This document shows, piece by piece, positions 1 to 13,900 of a DNA stretch of 64,000 nucleotides. The stretch's first letter is position 1, and every line of letters starts with the position of its first letter. A model generated the notes under the pieces. The model was given only the letters and a program-made list of their open reading frames with translations, searched no databases and was not told the DNA's origin. Source of the stretch: a virus; IMG/VR virus record IMGVR_UViG_3300027792_000292, positions 1 through 64,000 of that record. The stretch is one strand, 5' to 3'. Both the position numbers and the translations under genes were made by a program.

Positions 1-2
1 TA

Positions 3-2249
3 AAAATATATATGAAGGGTAGATTTCTTGATTCCTCTGACGGTTACAAAACCAAATACTATCCCGTATTTTGGGGACTAATCACAGATGTTACTGAGAA
101 CTATAGTGGTGGTAGTTTTACCTTCTCTATCACATGTTCTGATATGTTGGTATGGTGGAAATGGCAGAAAGTAACTTTGAGACCCTCTTCCTTTAATAGC
201 TTATACGGTGCTCCTTATTTAGAGAAGTTTCCTACGCTATTTAAGAATCTTAATCCATGGGAAATAATATTAGCTTTATTTAGTGGATCGTATTTTATGT
301 CTCCTATCAAGGATAGTACTGGTAAAGTTGTTAGACAAGCCACCTCTAATTTTGTATATCAGAATCTATCTAAGTTTACACAGTTACCCGATTACGGGGG
401 TATTACTCAAGATAATGCAGCCCAATTATTAGGTTCTTTTGCTTTAGATATGACACGTTATTGGGAGCAAAGATTTGGATTTAATTTGGATTTGGGAGAC
501 AAAAGTTCACAGCAGGGAGAAAGAATTCCATTAGAAATGTATGGTCTGACTAAGCCTATAGAGTGGGAGAGTCTTGTACCTAGCGTAAGAGATGCTCAGC
601 AAACTTCAGAATATGATTTCTCTGCGAGAGTTAAGGCTAAATTGACCTTAGACTTCAACATGATAGCCAGATGTATGCCTTTTGCCTCATTTGAAAATTG
701 GGGTGATGGGTCAGAATCTTTGGAGATGACTAAGCTTGAAATAGCTAATGAGGTATGTGAGCAAGCACAAATGGAATTTTTTACGGATACTAATGGTAGC
801 TTTATATTTAAGCCGCCTTTCTATAATATGGATGTAGTAAATACTAATCTCCCAACATATGTTATAGACTCTAATGAAGTCATAAATATGAGTACCTCAG
901 TAGATTCTAATAGTATAGTTACGTATCTTGAAGCAACTAGCCCCATGAGACCTACTAATCCAGAAATGGAGATAATCGGATTCCATATAGATTATGATCT
1001 TATGAAGAGATTCGGACTGAGGTACCAGACTACTGCATTTAGATATGGAAATAGTGCTAAAACCTTGAGATTGTTAGCTGCTGCTGAAATGGCTAAGATA
1101 AACGGAAGGGCTTTCACAGGTAGTGTATCTATACCATTAAGACCTGAAATGAGATTAGGGTATCCGGTGTACATAAGGCATATAGATGCTTATTATTATG
1201 TTTCAGGGATAACACATAATATTACATTCGGGACTTCCGCCACTACAGATTTATCTCTTGAATTTAGAAGAGACCGGGTATTTGACCCTGATGGAACAGT
1301 CGCTGTTGAAGGGGCTGTAAAACAGTCATTTCCTGGAAATATAGTAAAAGGGTATGTATACCGATTTGATGTGAATACTAATATAAGATCTTTGGACAAC
1401 ATTCCGAAAGATCCTGTTATTGAAGCAGCATCACAATTAAATATTCAGCAACAAAATCAGAATGTGACTAATGGGGACATCTCAGCCATACAGGATGCTA
1501 ATTTGGACACTCAAAGGATTAATAATGATATCTTAAAAGATAACCTGCTGAGAGTATCAGATTTAGTAAGTGGTCCTAAAACTACAGGATTCTATAAGGT
1601 TTCTAAAGCCAAAATAACTGTTATTCCAGGGCAGAACCCCACAAACGGGTATTTGAATTATGGAACTCCAGACGCAGTGGTGTCCAATGAGTTACTTATG
1701 ATGACTGATGATACTATTCCGTATACAGATATAAATGGGTACAGGCACATAGGGGCATTCCCATATGGTGCTAATCTTAAGATGTATAAAAGAGGATTAA
1801 TAGATACTTTGGACCCTATACAAAAGACTGATGCAGAAGTAGATACCTTAATGAGCGCCAGACCTACAAAAGTCTCAACGGAAAACTATTATAGAAATTC
1901 AGACGGTGAGACTATATATCAATTTGGATACACTGATGAAACGGTACCGGATAATACTCCTATAGAGAAAGCCGTAGATCTTCAAGATACGTTAACTACA
2001 AAAAAACGTGTAAATACTCCAGGCCCAGATAATACAAAGACTACTCCTGATACAAATAATCCATTATTAAATAATAGTAGGGTACCGATAAAGCAAATTA
2101 ATGATAGTTTAATAAAACAAATGACTACTGCTGCACCAGCGGATCATACTAATGTAAATATTTCTGATATACAAAATAATACTTTTAATGGTATAAAAGT
2201 TATTCAGGGAGCAAAGTTAAAGCCAGCACCAGAATTAAGAGTGAGATAA
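3..2249 (+). CDS. Baseplate hub / tail protein (gp27- or late-control-D-like), 5'-truncated
   Basis: The frame is open upstream of the ATG at 12 (K-I-Y-M-K-G-R-F), so the gene probably starts before the window. Hub-like motifs: 'VFWGLITDV...FSITCSD', 'EFFTDTNGSFIFKPPFYN', 'GSVSIPLRPEMRLGYPV', 'YYVSGITHNI'. It lies directly before a spike-like gene. Confidence 0.7.
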   Translation, partial: KIYMKGRFLDSSDGYKTKYYPVFWGLITDVTENYSGGSFTFSITCSDMLVWWKWQKVTLRPSSFNSLYGAPYLEKFPTLFKNLNPWEIILALFSGSYFMSPIKDSTGKVVRQATSNFVYQNLSKFTQLPDYGGITQDNAAQLLGSFALDMTRYWEQRFGFNLDLGDKSSQQGERIPLEMYGLTKPIEWESLVPSVRDAQQTSEYDFSARVKAKLTLDFNMIARCMPFASFENWGDGSESLEMTKLEIANEVCEQAQMEFFTDTNGSFIFKPPFYNMDVVNTNLPTYVIDSNEVINMSTSVDSNSIVTYLEATSPMRPTNPEMEIIGFHIDYDLMKRFGLRYQTTAFRYGNSAKTLRLLAAAEMAKINGRAFTGSVSIPLRPEMRLGYPVYIRHIDAYYYVSGITHNITFGTSATTDLSLEFRRDRVFDPDGTVAVEGAVKQSFPGNIVKGYVYRFDVNTNIRSLDNIPKDPVIEAASQLNIQQQNQNVTNGDISAIQDANLDTQRINNDILKDNLLRVSDLVSGPKTTGFYKVSKAKITVIPGQNPTNGYLNYGTPDAVVSNELLMMTDDTIPYTDINGYRHIGAFPYGANLKMYKRGLIDTLDPIQKTDAEVDTLMSARPTKVSTENYYRNSDGETIYQFGYTDETVPDNTPIEKAVDLQDTLTTKKRVNTPGPDNTKTTPDTNNPLLNNSRVPIKQINDSLIKQMTTAAPADHTNVNISDIQNNTFNGIKVIQGAKLKPAPELRVR

Positions 2250-2262
2250 TAAAGGATGTAAT

Positions 2263-4290
2263 ATGTCTTTTCATACGGAAGCATTAAAACTAACTGGTAG
2301 AAGAGTCTCCCCTGGAGAAAAACCCTCTCTTGGTATGCGTGAGAGAGAAGATATGATTTTCCAGGTGGGTACTATTGAACAGGTTAATGTAGAGAAACAA
2401 ACCCTGATTATTAAGCTGCATGATAATAGAGGAACATCATATAATATACCTATTACACAACCATACTCAGGTGTCGGAAGTTTTATATCTTCTATGCCAG
2501 AAGAAGGATCAACAGTAATACTGGCAGTACAGCGCAATCTAGTAGCTCCTATCGCATATATACCTAGGTTTTCAGCAGGATTAGAACCCTCCTATATAAA
2601 GAGATGGCCCGACAATATAGATTACTCAGGTAAGAATGATTTCTTCTATAGGCTCAAACCGCTGAGACCTGGAGAAGTCAGTTTAGGCTCATCTGGGGGG
2701 ACAGAGTTTTTCCTGGGAGATGATGCATATTTAGAAGATGGATTAGGAGATAAGATTTTCATGAGGTCCTCTGACCAATCTATTATATCGACCTCACTTA
2801 ATAATTATATTTTTTCAAGCGGAGTATGGATAAATGCCGGAACTATACAGAGGAACTCTTTAGGAATATCAAATTTAGGTGAGGGGCACTATGGTAACAA
2901 AGAGACCCTAAAAGATGGAAGAGTGGTTTTTAATTTGAGACCCGGAGAAGTAGGATTCTCAGACGACCACTATACCGAGTACACAATTGAAGTAGAAGAT
3001 CAAGCTAGTGGTGAGATTTCTTTCAATGACGTGAATAATGTTAAAAACACATCAAATAGAAATCCCGTTGCCATTTTCAGTTTGGGAAACTTTGCAGGAA
3101 ATAATCCTAACAAAAGAAATACATATGGAAAACTTTTAGGAGTAAGTCTATTCAAAGATGGATTCGCCAAAGATGGTAATTTTGATTTAGTTTCTCTCAC
3201 AGGCGGGAACCCAGAAAAGTATGGAATGGCGATTACTCTTTATAAGCCTCAAACAAGAAACTATGAGAATGGGGCTTTCTTTGGTATAGATAAAGAAGGG
3301 CACTTTTATCAATACATTCCAGCAGCATCCGGTGGAGGGTTGGGCGGGGGACGCTCCATGTCAATTCTTGCAAAAGGAAATAAGAAAGAGATATGGGGAA
3401 AAGAAGATAATAAGGGAAACTCTTGGGATTTGGTTACTGAAGGCGGAGTGAAGTGGGTATTAGGAAAGCATACGGATAAAGACCGTGACATTCGTGGTAG
3501 AAGCTTAGATATAAGGTCTGATGGTATGGCTTATTACAGATACGGTCAAATAGATGATATGCTAAGGGATTTCAAGGATAGTAAGAAAAAAATTGTAGAC
3601 CTTAACCCATATAAAAAGATAGAAAAAGTTGGAGGTAGCTTAAGAGAGGAAATTACTGGTAGCAGAGAAACTATCATACAGGCTGCTGATAGACTGAAGA
3701 TAAATGGTATGAAAGAGGTTCAGGTTACAGGGGCCTATGCTTTGAATATTGGTACTAATATGAATGTATCAGTAAGTGACTCTTATTCTTTGAAAGTAGT
3801 TAAGCAAGGGCAGGAAGCTTTTGGTAGTAGGATAACAACTATAACAAATGGCAGCAGTGAACTTATTATAGATCCTAAACCAAACCCAGCTAAAGGTGAT
3901 ATAAAAGAAATTATAAAGAGTATAAGTGGTAATAGAAGTTTAACTATACAGAAGAGTGGAAATATAACTGAAGAGATCAAAATACGTGGTAATAGAAGTT
4001 TTAAGACTACTACTGGTAATTTTTCAGCTGAAATAAAGACTAAAGGAAATGTATCTCTTAAAACTAAAGCTGGAAAGATTATATTTCAAACTGTAGCAGG
4101 AGAAGGACAATTCAAAGCCTCTACAAAGATGCTTCTTCAGGCAAGAGCAGGAGTAATAGTTGAGGGGGCTACTATTAGTTTAAAAGGAGCTGGTGGGTTA
4201 TCTAGTGGTGTTATTACCAGGAATTCACATAGGGATTATATAACTGGTGCCCCTTTAATAGCTTCAAATACTGTTAAAGCTACTATTTAA
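2263..4290 (+). CDS. Baseplate central spike (gp5/VgrG/gpV-like)
   Basis: N-terminal OB-fold-like 'GTIEQVNVEKQTLII...SSMPEEGSTVILA'. The C-terminal half is short beta-helix-like repeats (GNRSLTI, GNITEEI, GNRSFKT, GNVSLKT). Ends with a tip-like 'SHRDYITGAPL'. SD AAGGA upstream. Confidence 0.7.
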   Translation: MSFHTEALKLTGRRVSPGEKPSLGMREREDMIFQVGTIEQVNVEKQTLIIKLHDNRGTSYNIPITQPYSGVGSFISSMPEEGSTVILAVQRNLVAPIAYIPRFSAGLEPSYIKRWPDNIDYSGKNDFFYRLKPLRPGEVSLGSSGGTEFFLGDDAYLEDGLGDKIFMRSSDQSIISTSLNNYIFSSGVWINAGTIQRNSLGISNLGEGHYGNKETLKDGRVVFNLRPGEVGFSDDHYTEYTIEVEDQASGEISFNDVNNVKNTSNRNPVAIFSLGNFAGNNPNKRNTYGKLLGVSLFKDGFAKDGNFDLVSLTGGNPEKYGMAITLYKPQTRNYENGAFFGIDKEGHFYQYIPAASGGGLGGGRSMSILAKGNKKEIWGKEDNKGNSWDLVTEGGVKWVLGKHTDKDRDIRGRSLDIRSDGMAYYRYGQIDDMLRDFKDSKKKIVDLNPYKKIEKVGGSLREEITGSRETIIQAADRLKINGMKEVQVTGAYALNIGTNMNVSVSDSYSLKVVKQGQEAFGSRITTITNGSSELIIDPKPNPAKGDIKEIIKSISGNRSLTIQKSGNITEEIKIRGNRSFKTTTGNFSAEIKTKGNVSLKTKAGKIIFQTVAGEGQFKASTKMLLQARAGVIVEGATISLKGAGGLSSGVITRNSHRDYITGAPLIASNTVKATI

Positions 4291-4314
4291 AAAGGATAAG
4301 GAATATAGTATATT

Positions 4315-4932
4315 ATGCCAGTACAGTCTAACCTTATTTCCTCAGCTATAATGGCACAGTTTGCCATCAATAGATTTACGGGGAAAAATAATAAAGATAT
4401 AGCTAATGCAATAGGTGGAGCAGTAGCTAAGTATCTTGTTATACCAAATTTAGTTACTTGTACACTAAACGGGTTAATGGGACCTATTGGTCAGATTTCT
4501 AGTATAGCAGTAGCAGGCATAGTACCACAGCTTATGGGGTCCTTAATGATCAACAAAGCAACTTCTTTAAGATTCACGGGTACTAAGATGAGGCCCTTCT
4601 TTAACTCCATAGCGTTGGGAGTGAGTCAAGCACTTTTAGGTATGATACTCAGTGGTAATGCTGTAGGAATAGCTACAGGGGCTGGTATTGGTAAATTTAC
4701 AGCAATAAGTGACCAAGTACTATCAAAGCTGATATTAGCAGAGATGGTATCAAGAAGAATGACTGGAAAGAATAACAAAGATTTGGCAAATATATTAGCT
4801 TTTGGTATAGCAACTCATTTAAAGTCATCCGCAACTTTTACTGTTATGACAGCTGGGGTAGTAGCTCCGGTACCTCCAGCAGGACCAGTTGCCGTTATAG
4901 GTATACCTTCGATGTACACAAAAATTAGTTAG
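4315..4932 (+). CDS. Hypothetical hydrophobic Gly/Ala-rich virion protein with three internal repeats
   Basis: 205-aa ORF. Repeats RFTGKNNKDIANAI / RFTGTKMRPFFNSI / RMTGKNNKDLANIL. Adjacent to the spike gene. Confidence 0.7.
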   Translation: MPVQSNLISSAIMAQFAINRFTGKNNKDIANAIGGAVAKYLVIPNLVTCTLNGLMGPIGQISSIAVAGIVPQLMGSLMINKATSLRFTGTKMRPFFNSIALGVSQALLGMILSGNAVGIATGAGIGKFTAISDQVLSKLILAEMVSRRMTGKNNKDLANILAFGIATHLKSSATFTVMTAGVVAPVPPAGPVAVIGIPSMYTKIS

Positions 4933-4942
4933 AGAGGATTAA

Positions 4943-7900
4943 ATGGCTGCAGAAGTTTTTAAACTGAACACATTAGATGTGTCTGAGACAGAAGTAAGAG
5001 GTACTCGTGTTGGGCTAAAAAATATGCCCTCTACTTTTACATTTGACACAAACGCTACCTATGACGCACATCTTACAGGGGCTAATTATCTTATTCAGGC
5101 ATCTATAGGAGCCAACAATCTTAAAGGATATGCTGACTTCATAAAGAATAGCAAAGTAGTGCAGAATGTCACGGGTATCAACCCATCCCAGGTGGTTTAT
5201 GGTGATGTCATTCGCAATGACGAAACAATGGACTTTTATACTGTCACAGGTATGGAAGGTACCGATATCCTTTTGACTCAAAGTTACGCGGGGGCTACTA
5301 CAGGGGCATCATGTACTCTTAGGAAAAAGAAATTAGGAAGTGTACAGTTTGAACAGGTAAAGAGCTTCAATGATGAAGGGAAGTTCTACTACAATAAAAA
5401 CGATCAGGTCTGGGCAATTACGGGAATACAACCTGAAGGACCTTACACAGCTTTTTATACAGGAATGCAGACATTCCCCGGAGATCAGCTTGTTTTTACT
5501 CCGCTACCTTCTGCTACTCCTTCGGCCTCTGATATCTCTTCAGTTGAGAGTATTTATAAGCCTCTTGTGGAGAACGCAGAGAACTCTGTAACTGACCTTT
5601 CTCTTAGTCCTATACCTTTCCCACACTCAAGTTTGAAGGTCTTTATAGGGCATACAGGAAGTACGATAAAGAAGGTAGAAGGAGAAGACTACGTAGTCAA
5701 CTATGGTCAACAGCCTGAATATAAGTTCCCGTTCCCACCTTTTCAGGACAGAAAAGTTGCGTATCTAAAGTTCTTGGACAAACTTGATAAGGAAGTACAG
5801 GTAAAAGGGATAGACTCCACATTTACGGGATTCTTCAATGTAGTTAAAAGAAAAGTAATACCACAGTCCCAAGATTTTCTAACACCTATTCAGAATATTA
5901 TACCTAATTCAGAAACCATACAAGTAAATAAAGAGGATAAGAATAGAAATTATAACTATACGATAGACTACCCAAGTGGGTTATGTGCTTTCATAAATCA
6001 CAATAATTCAGAAGTCCTTATAGATAGTGTAACTTATCAAAAAAATATTATATGGGATGGGGTAAGCATATTAAAAGGGGTTGGAGAGAAAAATGTACAA
6101 AATATGAGTAAACTTGTTATACCACCTGTTTCAGGGTTAGAAGGTATAACTGGTTTAATGTACTTCGAGGATACAGATGATAATGCTCTAACAAGAGGGT
6201 CAGACTACATACTTGAATACAGTTCTGGAGCAATAAGTATAGAAACAGAAATGAAAGAGAATGAAGCAGTTCTTGTTTCTTATTTCGTTGAGGGATTGGA
6301 TGAAGAATCTGAGGATCTTCCTATTGTTGATATAAAGACTAAAAAATTCCCTGTAATGCCTAATACCATTACTTTAACAAAAAGATGGAGAAATGCTATT
6401 ACCGGAGAAGCAGGCTCCACAGTAATGACTGAAGGTACAGATTATGAAGTATTCTACCTAACAGGAAAAATAAGTATTCTTACTTTTGTTCCTAATGAAG
6501 AGATCCTGACTCTTTCAATTACATACACACCTCTGTCTCAAATTAACTGCATACTACAGCCCATTCCTGGAAGTAATACTTCCTATAAGATGACCTTAAT
6601 AGATGATTCCATGAAAACAATGGACGCTCTTAATATGGTATATCAGATACAGAACCCGATGATTTCTGTGCCTGTAGTAGACCCTTTCAAAGCCTCTGAT
6701 GACCCTACGAGGACAACATACCAATCAGACCCTGAGACATTTTTATCAGTGAAAATACTCGGGCAGCCTGGATTTGGATTTAAGAACTATACAGACGAAC
6801 AACTTTATGCCTTAGGGATAGATAATTTAATAGCATTAGGATTATCAGAAGCTATAGGAATATCAGAAGACCAGGTACGATCTTTAGGGATAACAGGAGT
6901 TGTAAATCTTGGGTTTGATAATAGTACTGTTGGTTTAGATATAACAAAGTACAAGTATGATTCTAAGACAAAGCTATTGACTATCAAACCAGAGTACAAT
7001 ATAAATAGCGTCCCAGACGCTAATGATACTATTGTTTCGTCCTATAGTTTTGAAGGGGATAGTTTACCGTATGCCCCTGTAGAGTATTCTTTCCCGGTAT
7101 TCTCAGCAGGGACCAACTATTTTGTTATAGAAGGATTTGATAGGACTGATGTTTTATATCCAGAGATGGTAGTAAGGATAGATAACTTTGATCCTGAGAA
7201 TACATATTTCTTCAAGATAAAGTCAGTCTCTTTTGATGGGGATAATACACATATAGAATTGTATGCTGACTTCCCTGATGATATCAGGAATCCCTCTTTC
7301 AGTTTGTTTGATGATTTTATGAACTGGGAAGATATGCCCGAAGGCACTACAATAGATAAGACGACAATGCCTAAGTCATCCTCAATACGTTTAAAGGGAA
7401 ATACTTTAGCTCTTCTTACCTCGCTTAGACCAGATAGCTTACTTTTATTGGATAACAAATATGTCTACACAGTACTTTCTGCTTCAGCTAATGAAGTAGA
7501 TAAAACAGTCGCAGTAAATATTTTTCCAGCGCTACAAACTACGCCTCATGGTGTCGTACAGATATCAAGGACCCCCGTATATGAAGAATCTGAGGTAAAC
7601 ATTGTTTCCAAATTCCCTATCCTAACTGATCCAGCAGAGCCTGCTTTCCAGATATCCTATGCAGCTCCTATGAATCATGAGGGAACAGGGTCTATAATAA
7701 TTGACAAACAAAGCATAATCATAACAGAGAATGTAGATGGTAAGTTAAATCCTAATGCTTATGTATATAAGTTTTCAGACTATACAACAATTAAGGATAT
7801 TATTACAGCAATACGAAGTACAGACTCAACATTCCATACCTTAGATAGTACTATACCAACGTACAGACCTTTCACTATTTCTTCTGCCCTAAATACCGAA

Positions 7901-10900
7901 GACTACTATCTTTCTTTAGGTGACTATAGTGCAGATCTTATTATACCATTTGATGAAGGAATAATAGTTGACCTTCCTTATACCGTGACTATTATACCTG
8001 AGCTTTATAAGTGGAGTCTATTAGAAGTTTTTAAGAATAGTCCTTCTTTTACTATTAAGGCTACAGATAAGACTTCTATGTTCACTAATGGCAATCTTAT
8101 GGCTTTCCAGAATAGAGTATCTGGTACAACTTCTTATTATGAAGTTAGTGGGAGTACTGGGATATCAGGAACCACAGCAACAGATACCCAGGTAACTCTG
8201 AAAGATACAATAAGAGAGAACATAGTTAATCCTAACGCTTATAAGTTTGATAATGCAGTTTGGGTAACAGCGCCAGTCGCAATATCTTTAATCAACTATG
8301 ATACTTCTGAGATAACTTTTGTAGGAGACGTAGTAAAGTACTTTAGACCGGGAACTATGGTAAAATTTGATAGTAGGTATATATATGCTGTTGTTAGCGT
8401 AGAGTTTAATATTAATACTACAGTGGTCTTAGAAGCAACACTTAATAAGAATGTGAAGATACAGAACTCATCTAATTATGTACAGGTTACAGCATACAAT
8501 ATTTTACTTGGTCAAAAACCTACGGAACCTTTCTTTTCTATAACTTATACTGCTCCTCCAGGACGCACGGGAGAAGGGCATATAAAGATAGATGAAGATA
8601 AAGTTACTCTTATAGAGATACTGGACGGAGGAACAAGGAAAGAAGTAGAGTTTAAGTTCAGTGATTTTACAGATATCTATGATTTGACACTGAATATGGA
8701 TACCTATGAGGATTTCAATGTATCAGGATTTACTCCTTTCACAGCGGATGCCTCAGCATATCAGGAAGAACTGGAACAAGGTAAGTTTGTTAAGTATGCT
8801 CTTCCTAAGACAGGCGGAGAGGTTACTATACCATATACGATACTTGTTGCTGAGAAAACCTTTGATATTGGCTACACAAGACCAGTAGGACATAATTCTT
8901 CTGCTTCAATAAAGTTCTTCTCTGATAGATTAGAAATTACTGAAACAGATCCCACTCCTATACCAGCAGTTAAGACGACTACAATTAATTATGTTAATAA
9001 ATCGGTATATGACATCACAGATGAAATAGAAAACATAGACTCTGTAGTTACAGGAAATAAGCCTTTTGCAGTAGTTTTAGGGACAACAGGTGAGCAGCTT
9101 GGATTAGGATTGTTTGGATATTTTGCTATAGCAGGAAATGTAGATGGGCCTATTGGAGATTTCTACTCAGTTAAAACTACTGGGGCTATTATAGGATGGA
9201 ACCTTCTGGGACCTTTGAATATACGCAGATTAGTCCCGGAGATAGATTACATCATAGAGGGTGGTTCAATTACACTTACCGATTCAGTTCTTAGGGGAGA
9301 TAGGCTCAAGTTAAGTTATATGGGTTTAGACGCTCTTCCTGATGTAGCTGGAAAAGATGTAACCTGCAGCTGTAGATTTATTTCTTCATTGCCAAAAGGT
9401 TACAGTGTATTCGTTTACATGGACTACATTAATCAGGATCAGTTTTATCTTCAGACGCTTACACAAAGAGACTTCTTGGAGATAGTCACAGTCCCACAAG
9501 TTCAGCAGATTATGGGAAATAAGGCTACTGGAGGAGGTCAAGGTTCTGATACAGCTGGGGACGATAATGTAAGGGTATATGAGGGTGGAACTATAAATCT
9601 TAAGTACCTCTTAAGGGACGAAGAGATTAAGAAAGACTTATATATTAAACTATGGGACTGGTATAAGCATAGACTTAGAAACTTCACATCTGAAGAGCAA
9701 GTTATTCTTGGGTTCAAATTTGGGCATAGTACCGCAGTAGGTAAATCTGGTAGTACATTTAGTCTTACGGATGATAGTGTTGAAAAATTAACCGTGGCTC
9801 CTGATGTTGTAGTGGATAACCCCGATTATACCCTTACAAGATTAGAAGACTTTAATCAGATAAAAAGGCAGTTTAGTAAGTATTTTCCAATGGATTATGA
9901 TGATTCTGCCCCTCTATTTTATGATAGATTTGGTACTGAGTATCAGTCCTATAATGAGTGCTACATCTATAACATCAAATATACATTTGAGGATGGGAGA
10001 CCAGCTATTATAGAGGGTAGAGTAAAGTCTGTTAATCCCTATTGGACTAAGGGGTTAGATTATACGATTTTAAGTCAGGAGAGTGAAACTCCAGTATCAG
10101 GATATACTAAAGCTATAAGCAGTGATGATAAGGTTTTTAAACCATCAGGGTTGTATGATTTCCTAAAGAGGATAGATGTAGGAGATCAGGTAAAACCTGA
10201 TGAGTCAGAGGATTATTATGACATAGGGAGAATACTTACCGGAACAGATACTTCTACAACTGAAGGTGGGACATATGAGGTACTAGTTTTAAAAGACGGT
10301 CAGTATTTTAAAGAAGAAGGAATAAAGACAGTTACTATGAAGGTATTATCTGGAGGGGATTATAAGAATCCTGCGGATGTGAAGTGGGAAAAGAAGATAA
10401 AAAGGCTTTCCGCAGATAAGACCCAAACAAAAACTTTCACCGAATATGAAGCAGCATTATCGGGTGAAGGATACAACATAAATGTAAATAGAAAAACAGT
10501 ACCATTTTTTCCATGCTATGATGACAACTTTAGTCTTGGTGCAAAAATTGTAGGTGGGAAGATAACTGGGCAGAGGACAGACACAGACAGAATTAAAAAG
10601 TTCAGTTTATATGACCTGCTGAAGATATTATTTTTACCCTACCCAGTGCCAACACCAGCAGAAAATATAAGAATGACTTACGGTACATATAACGAGGATA
10701 CGTTAAAGTATGATCCGATAGAAACGATACCTATAAATATTGCTGATTTAAGTTTCTTTGATCAAAGAAAAGTATCCTCTATAAGAGACGGTATATATAA
10801 TAATACAGATGATGCAAGAAAAGATACAGATGAGATAGTAGGACTAAAGAAGTATTTCTATATATCATTTGAAAAGATTTATACTCCAAATACTAAGAAA

Positions 10901-13900
10901 GGGTACATAGAAGGATTTGTTCTTAGGGCAAAAGACAGAAATCTTTGGTTTCAGTTCTCAGTAGATGATGGAGAAGATGTCGCAGAAGATTATGGATTTA
11001 CTGGTACTCCTATATTTCAGAACTTCTATATGCCAGACAATATGTACAGATATCTTCTTAGAGAGAAACAAGGTTGGGAGATAGAAGAGGACATAATTAG
11101 GGATGAATTTGATATCCAGGACAAAATAGCCAGGGCTTATCAAGATGGTATACTTAATGGTCCGTATAGCACTTTCAAAGAAAAGTCATCTGGAGCAAAT
11201 GATGGATTCCTACCATCTGTTTCAAATTTGCTGTCTGGGCGTATACCTACGTATGCTCCACATTTGGATTTCCTTATAAGTGATGAGGGTCCTTTAGCAA
11301 AAACTATATCTGAGGGTCCGAACGCCTCAGAAGCTATAGGTAAATCCTATTATGAGGCTGTTACAGCAAAGAGTAAATATACGAACTTTAGAAATGAGCA
11401 GGATTTAGCTATCACTACAAATGCAAATAATTTATCTACATGGACTAATGACTATGTAAGATGGGTACTTAGTTTAAAAGAGGGCACTCAATTTCAGAAG
11501 GATGCGAGAGATAGTATAAGAGAAAATTCTGGAGTATTGACCATAGGTTTCAAGGAACTTCCTGGAATTAGCCTTAAATTTAATTCTAATCATCCTACCT
11601 ATACGGTGACTAATCCTTTGTACGGGGTATACTTTGTAGCTGCAGTGAGTGACCACGCATTAGTTATTAATGCTATATTCAAATCTAAGGCTAATCCTAA
11701 TGTAAATAGTCCTAAGAGTGGAACCAAAGTATTTAAGTTGTCTGAATATACTACTCTTCAAACGCTTTCTGATGCTGTTAATCAATTCTATTTGGATGAT
11801 GGCCAGGACCTTATAAGCTGTACCACTGTGTTTGAGTTCCATCCTTACGGCAGCTACCCCACTGTAATTTTTTCTGATAAGGAATCAAAAATAGTAATTG
11901 GAAAGAGGCTATTGGATACTGCGGGACCCGTCAATGACGTGCCGACAGTCGCAATACCAGATACTGGAGCTACTCTATTAGTGTGTAATGTAGATGACCA
12001 TAGAGGTGTTGATCCAAGAGTATTATTTTTGGATAAAAAAGTGGACGACTATTTAAGATTAGATGTTACAGGAGGAATTAATGTAAAGGTATTCCCAAGA
12101 TATGTAAGTAATAATAACGAAAACAAAAAAATCCTGGATGAGTTAGAATTACCTGTATCAGGACATTGGGCGGTATCTCCTACAGATTTTCCCTCAAACT
12201 ATTTTCAAGTTCTGACTGTAGGGCCTGCTAAGGCTACCTGGTCTATGTCCTATAAATTTGTAGATACAGATGTTAATGGACAAGTTAGAGATTATAGTAC
12301 ACCACAGAGTGAGATAGATTTATATAGAAGCACACCAATGTCTCAAGAAAAATATAATGAGATGATTAATAGGGGATTAGATAGCCCTAAAGTATTTATA
12401 CTAAAAGAATTGGTGCTTACTAAGATAGGTTCTACTACAATTTCTTTTCATTATAATCTAAGACAGTATGATACTATCTATTCATTAGCCACAGCGATAG
12501 ACTCTACCAGACAAATTACTGAGGAATTTAATATAAGAGATAGTAGTACATATACTATTAAAACTAAAAATGAAAATATTAGTAAAAGCTATGGAACAGA
12601 GATACAGGTTGTAGCAAAAGTTACTAATATAAGTAAAGAACAAGACTATGATATTAGCACATATACTATATCAGCTGATGGTAAGGAAATAATGTTGGAT
12701 GCCACAAATTCTACTAATAGTTCAATAGGAATGAGTGACTCAGATATTATTAAAGTTCAGTATGCATACTTATCTCTTTCAAGGAGTGCTGGTGGAGATA
12801 AGATTTTTAAGGTAACTAACCCAGATTTGAGTTCTTCTATAACAGATCAGGGCCAGATGAAAAGCTATGAGATTAAATCAGAGTATAAGGCACAAGCACT
12901 ACCTTATGAGGCAGAGATATTGGTTCCTACTTATGACCCGATAACAGGATTACAAGACGGAACTACGACAGAATACAAAGGAAATATTACTATAGGATGG
13001 ACGTTACAAAGTGAAGATTTAAAGCCGGGTCAATCAGCCACATTTGAGATGGCTGAGAAAAGATATAGCGAATTAACAACATATAGATTCATCCCAAATA
13101 GTCCTGCGGATTCAAGAGCTGATTTACTCTCAAATCGAAGAGTTGATACCTTGGCTTTTGATTTGTACTCTTGGGATAATAACGCCTATTATCAAGTAGT
13201 ATACAGAGTGCGTGAAGGTAAAATAGTAGAGAATAACATTATACTAACGAGTGATTATGTTAATTGTACTATTCCTTTGATAGAAGGAGAACTTCTATAT
13301 GATACATCAGGTAGGGGTAATGGATTAATAAATAGGATTAATAGTAATCCTGCATGCAATAAATACTTTTTTGCCCATTTAAAATTTAACAGGAGTAACG
13401 ATGGATTATTTGAGTACACTTATCTTCCAGAGACAGCAATAACCAGAGTGGTAAAAGCAAATTTGGATACTTTATACTTAGGGATAGATGATGTAATCAC
13501 TATAGATTCTTTAGGTAAAAACTTCACTTATCAGGTAGTACCTATAGCGACACCGCCTTTAGATACGTCTATAGTGAATGAAGCAAGTACCCTTCTTCTG
13601 GATGCTGATGTAAAAACTCTAAGATTGGGTGTTAGTAGCTCTTATAATAGCGTTACCTCGGAAACCTATAATTTGGATAGCACAGGTTCTTTATTAACTT
13701 TATCTGCGAACTATAGCTATAATTATAACTTTACTCAGACTTTTGTACTTTCATCATATACCCTTGATACTTTAACAAGTACCTTGAATGCCTTAGACAT
13801 TCCTCACTATCTTGGTAATCCAGTATTTAGTGCTGTAAAGAATCCTGCAGTTTCGGGTGCTCTATCAGCTGCAGTATTAAACTCCGCAGTAGGAAATATT

